From the NCBI GenBank assembly GCA_964234715.1, contig OZ174282.1: 64,000 nucleotides of DNA. One strand, 5' to 3'. Below, one piece after another: positions 62,581 through 64,000 of the stretch. Every line of letters starts with the position of its first letter. The first letter of the stretch is position 1. The notes beneath the pieces were generated by a model, which had not been told where the DNA came from, ran no database searches, and saw only the letters and a list, made by a program, of their open reading frames with translations. Both the position numbers and the translations under genes were made by a program. This stretch comes from Podarcis melisellensis (Eukaryota).

Positions 62581-62914
62581 AATCCAGTTGGCATCCGCTC
62601 CATGCATCTGCTTTTGTTCTTTGACTCAGATAGACCATTTCCCCTCCTCTTAAAGTATATTATACCCAAAATGCAGAGTACCAAGGGATGTGTGCCTGTT
62701 GGCTAGTGGCAAGAGCTATGTGAATGGCCCAAGAGGCAGTGTGGGGAGATATATTTAGGAAAACAGGCTGGAACATAATCCAGTCATATCAGAAAATGAA
62801 TACAGAATGGAGCAGACCTGCTGACCTGGGTCTTGAAAACCGTCACCCAACATCTCCTAGGCCTCTTAATCCTTGTGCCTCCTCCCTGAGCTTCACATCT
62901 TACTCTTCCTGCAG

Positions 62915-63133
62915 GAGAAGACGGAGTGTCTTCTGAAGCAGTACGATGACATCAGCCACCTCAATTCAGAGCGCTACGCCCGCTTGGAGCGCGCCCAGGT
63001 CTTAGTCAACCAGTTCTGGGAGACCTACGAAGAGCTCAACCCTTGGCTGGAAGAGACGCAGGTGTTGATTGGGCAGTTGCCCCCTCTGGCCATTGACCAC
63101 GAGCACCTCAAGCAGCAGCAGGAAGATATGAGG
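62915..63133 (+). CDS. MACF1: MACF1 coding exon (EKTECLLKQYDDISHLNSERYARLE...QQQEDMR)
   Basis: cctgcag acceptor; AGG|gtaaga donor; 219 nt. Confidence 0.96.
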
Positions 63134-64000
63134 GTAAGAAGGGGGTGGGAGCATGAATGCCCAGATCACCAGCTTTCAGTTTTGTAAAACTTAAATTTCT
63201 CACACCTGTATAACCTGAGATATGAGGCTAAATTTGCAGGCTTTAGTTTTCTCTTTTGTGCTTGTGGCGGGGGGAAATAGCCTGCTCCCCACTTTGCATT
63301 GACTTTCCCCTCAAAAAAAGGTTCTGCAGACACCCATAGTATGAATCTGTGTAGCTTAAAAAACTATAGACCTTTAGAACTCTGATTGTGAGAAGCAAGC
63401 AAAAGTCCCTCTGTGTTCGGGCGATAATGCAAGCCTCAAATGTGCGGACCATGAAAACATTTGGCTTCAGGAGAGTTGCTGAGCTTTGCCAGGGGCCCTT
63501 CCTGAGGGACGGAGGTTGTTTGCAAGCAGACATTTCAAGCTGAGGGAGGTTGGTGAGCAGAACATGTGGAAACTGGGCAGTAGTCAATTAGAGAAGCAAG
63601 TGGGTTAGGGAATGGAGGGAGGGGAAGGACTGGAGTTAGTGATTGGTTGGGTAGGAGGGTGAGGGTTTTGTATCCCAAAGTCCTGTTGGAATTTTGGAAA
63701 GACAGTTAAATTTGTCCTGGCAATCCTCTTTGGATCCCTTTTGGATCACCCAAGGCAGTAGAGAGAGGGCATCACAATGCCCTCATCTTATTGCTGAAAA
63801 CGGTAGAAGTAGTTACTGAATCATGTAGTGATAAAAGATCTCTGCAATGCAGATTATGAATTCACTCTGGGACGGATTCAGCTAACCTAGTGCAGTAGCA
63901 GAAGCCAGCACAAGGACTCCCACTAGCACAGTGAGACTGCTCTCTGCACCCTGTGCCTCCCCCAATTCCACTCTGGACTTTTTGGGAGAAACCCAGAGCA

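Larger units (their letters stand above)
1..63133 (+). other. MACF1: MACF1 (microtubule-actin crosslinking factor 1, ACF7) gene, partial: spectrin-repeat rod region, runs off both ends of the window
   Basis: Spliced exons translate to a continuous frame matching recalled MACF1 peptides, e.g. [89 protein letters not shown]. All intron phases are compatible. Confidence 0.97.

Noticed and set aside
1-63133. Assignment to the paralogue DST/BPAG1
   Set aside because: Peptides and the nested KIAA0754 fit recalled MACF1 better than dystonin.

Overview
Vertebrate (squamate, most likely lacertid lizard, judged from a Podarcis-type Sauria SINE) genomic DNA covering the central spectrin-repeat rod of MACF1/ACF7 on the + strand. 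I traced 20 coding exons (first one partial) with GT-AG boundaries whose phases join into one open frame. A ~33-kb intron (17707-50626) holds a CpG island (~37400-39260) and a long single-exon ORF (ATG 39493) homologous to KIAA0754. That ORF has an in-frame phase-0 donor (GAG|gtattt, 42810) matching the next MACF1 exon, so it looks like an alternative first exon for a short, possibly lipid-anchored MACF1 isoform lacking the actin-binding head. Introns are full of squamate SINEs, CR1/L2 fragments and MITEs. The most unusual small features are a 94-bp Penelope-like insertion (10-bp TSD) carrying a minimal hammerhead-ribozyme motif in sense orientation, a Tc2-type MITE with an internal 30-bp hairpin, a palindromic hAT MITE family carrying ACTACAnnTCCCA motifs, and a 60-bp perfect (ATT)n(AAT)n palindrome. 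Family assignments and human-protein comparisons are from recall, not database searches.
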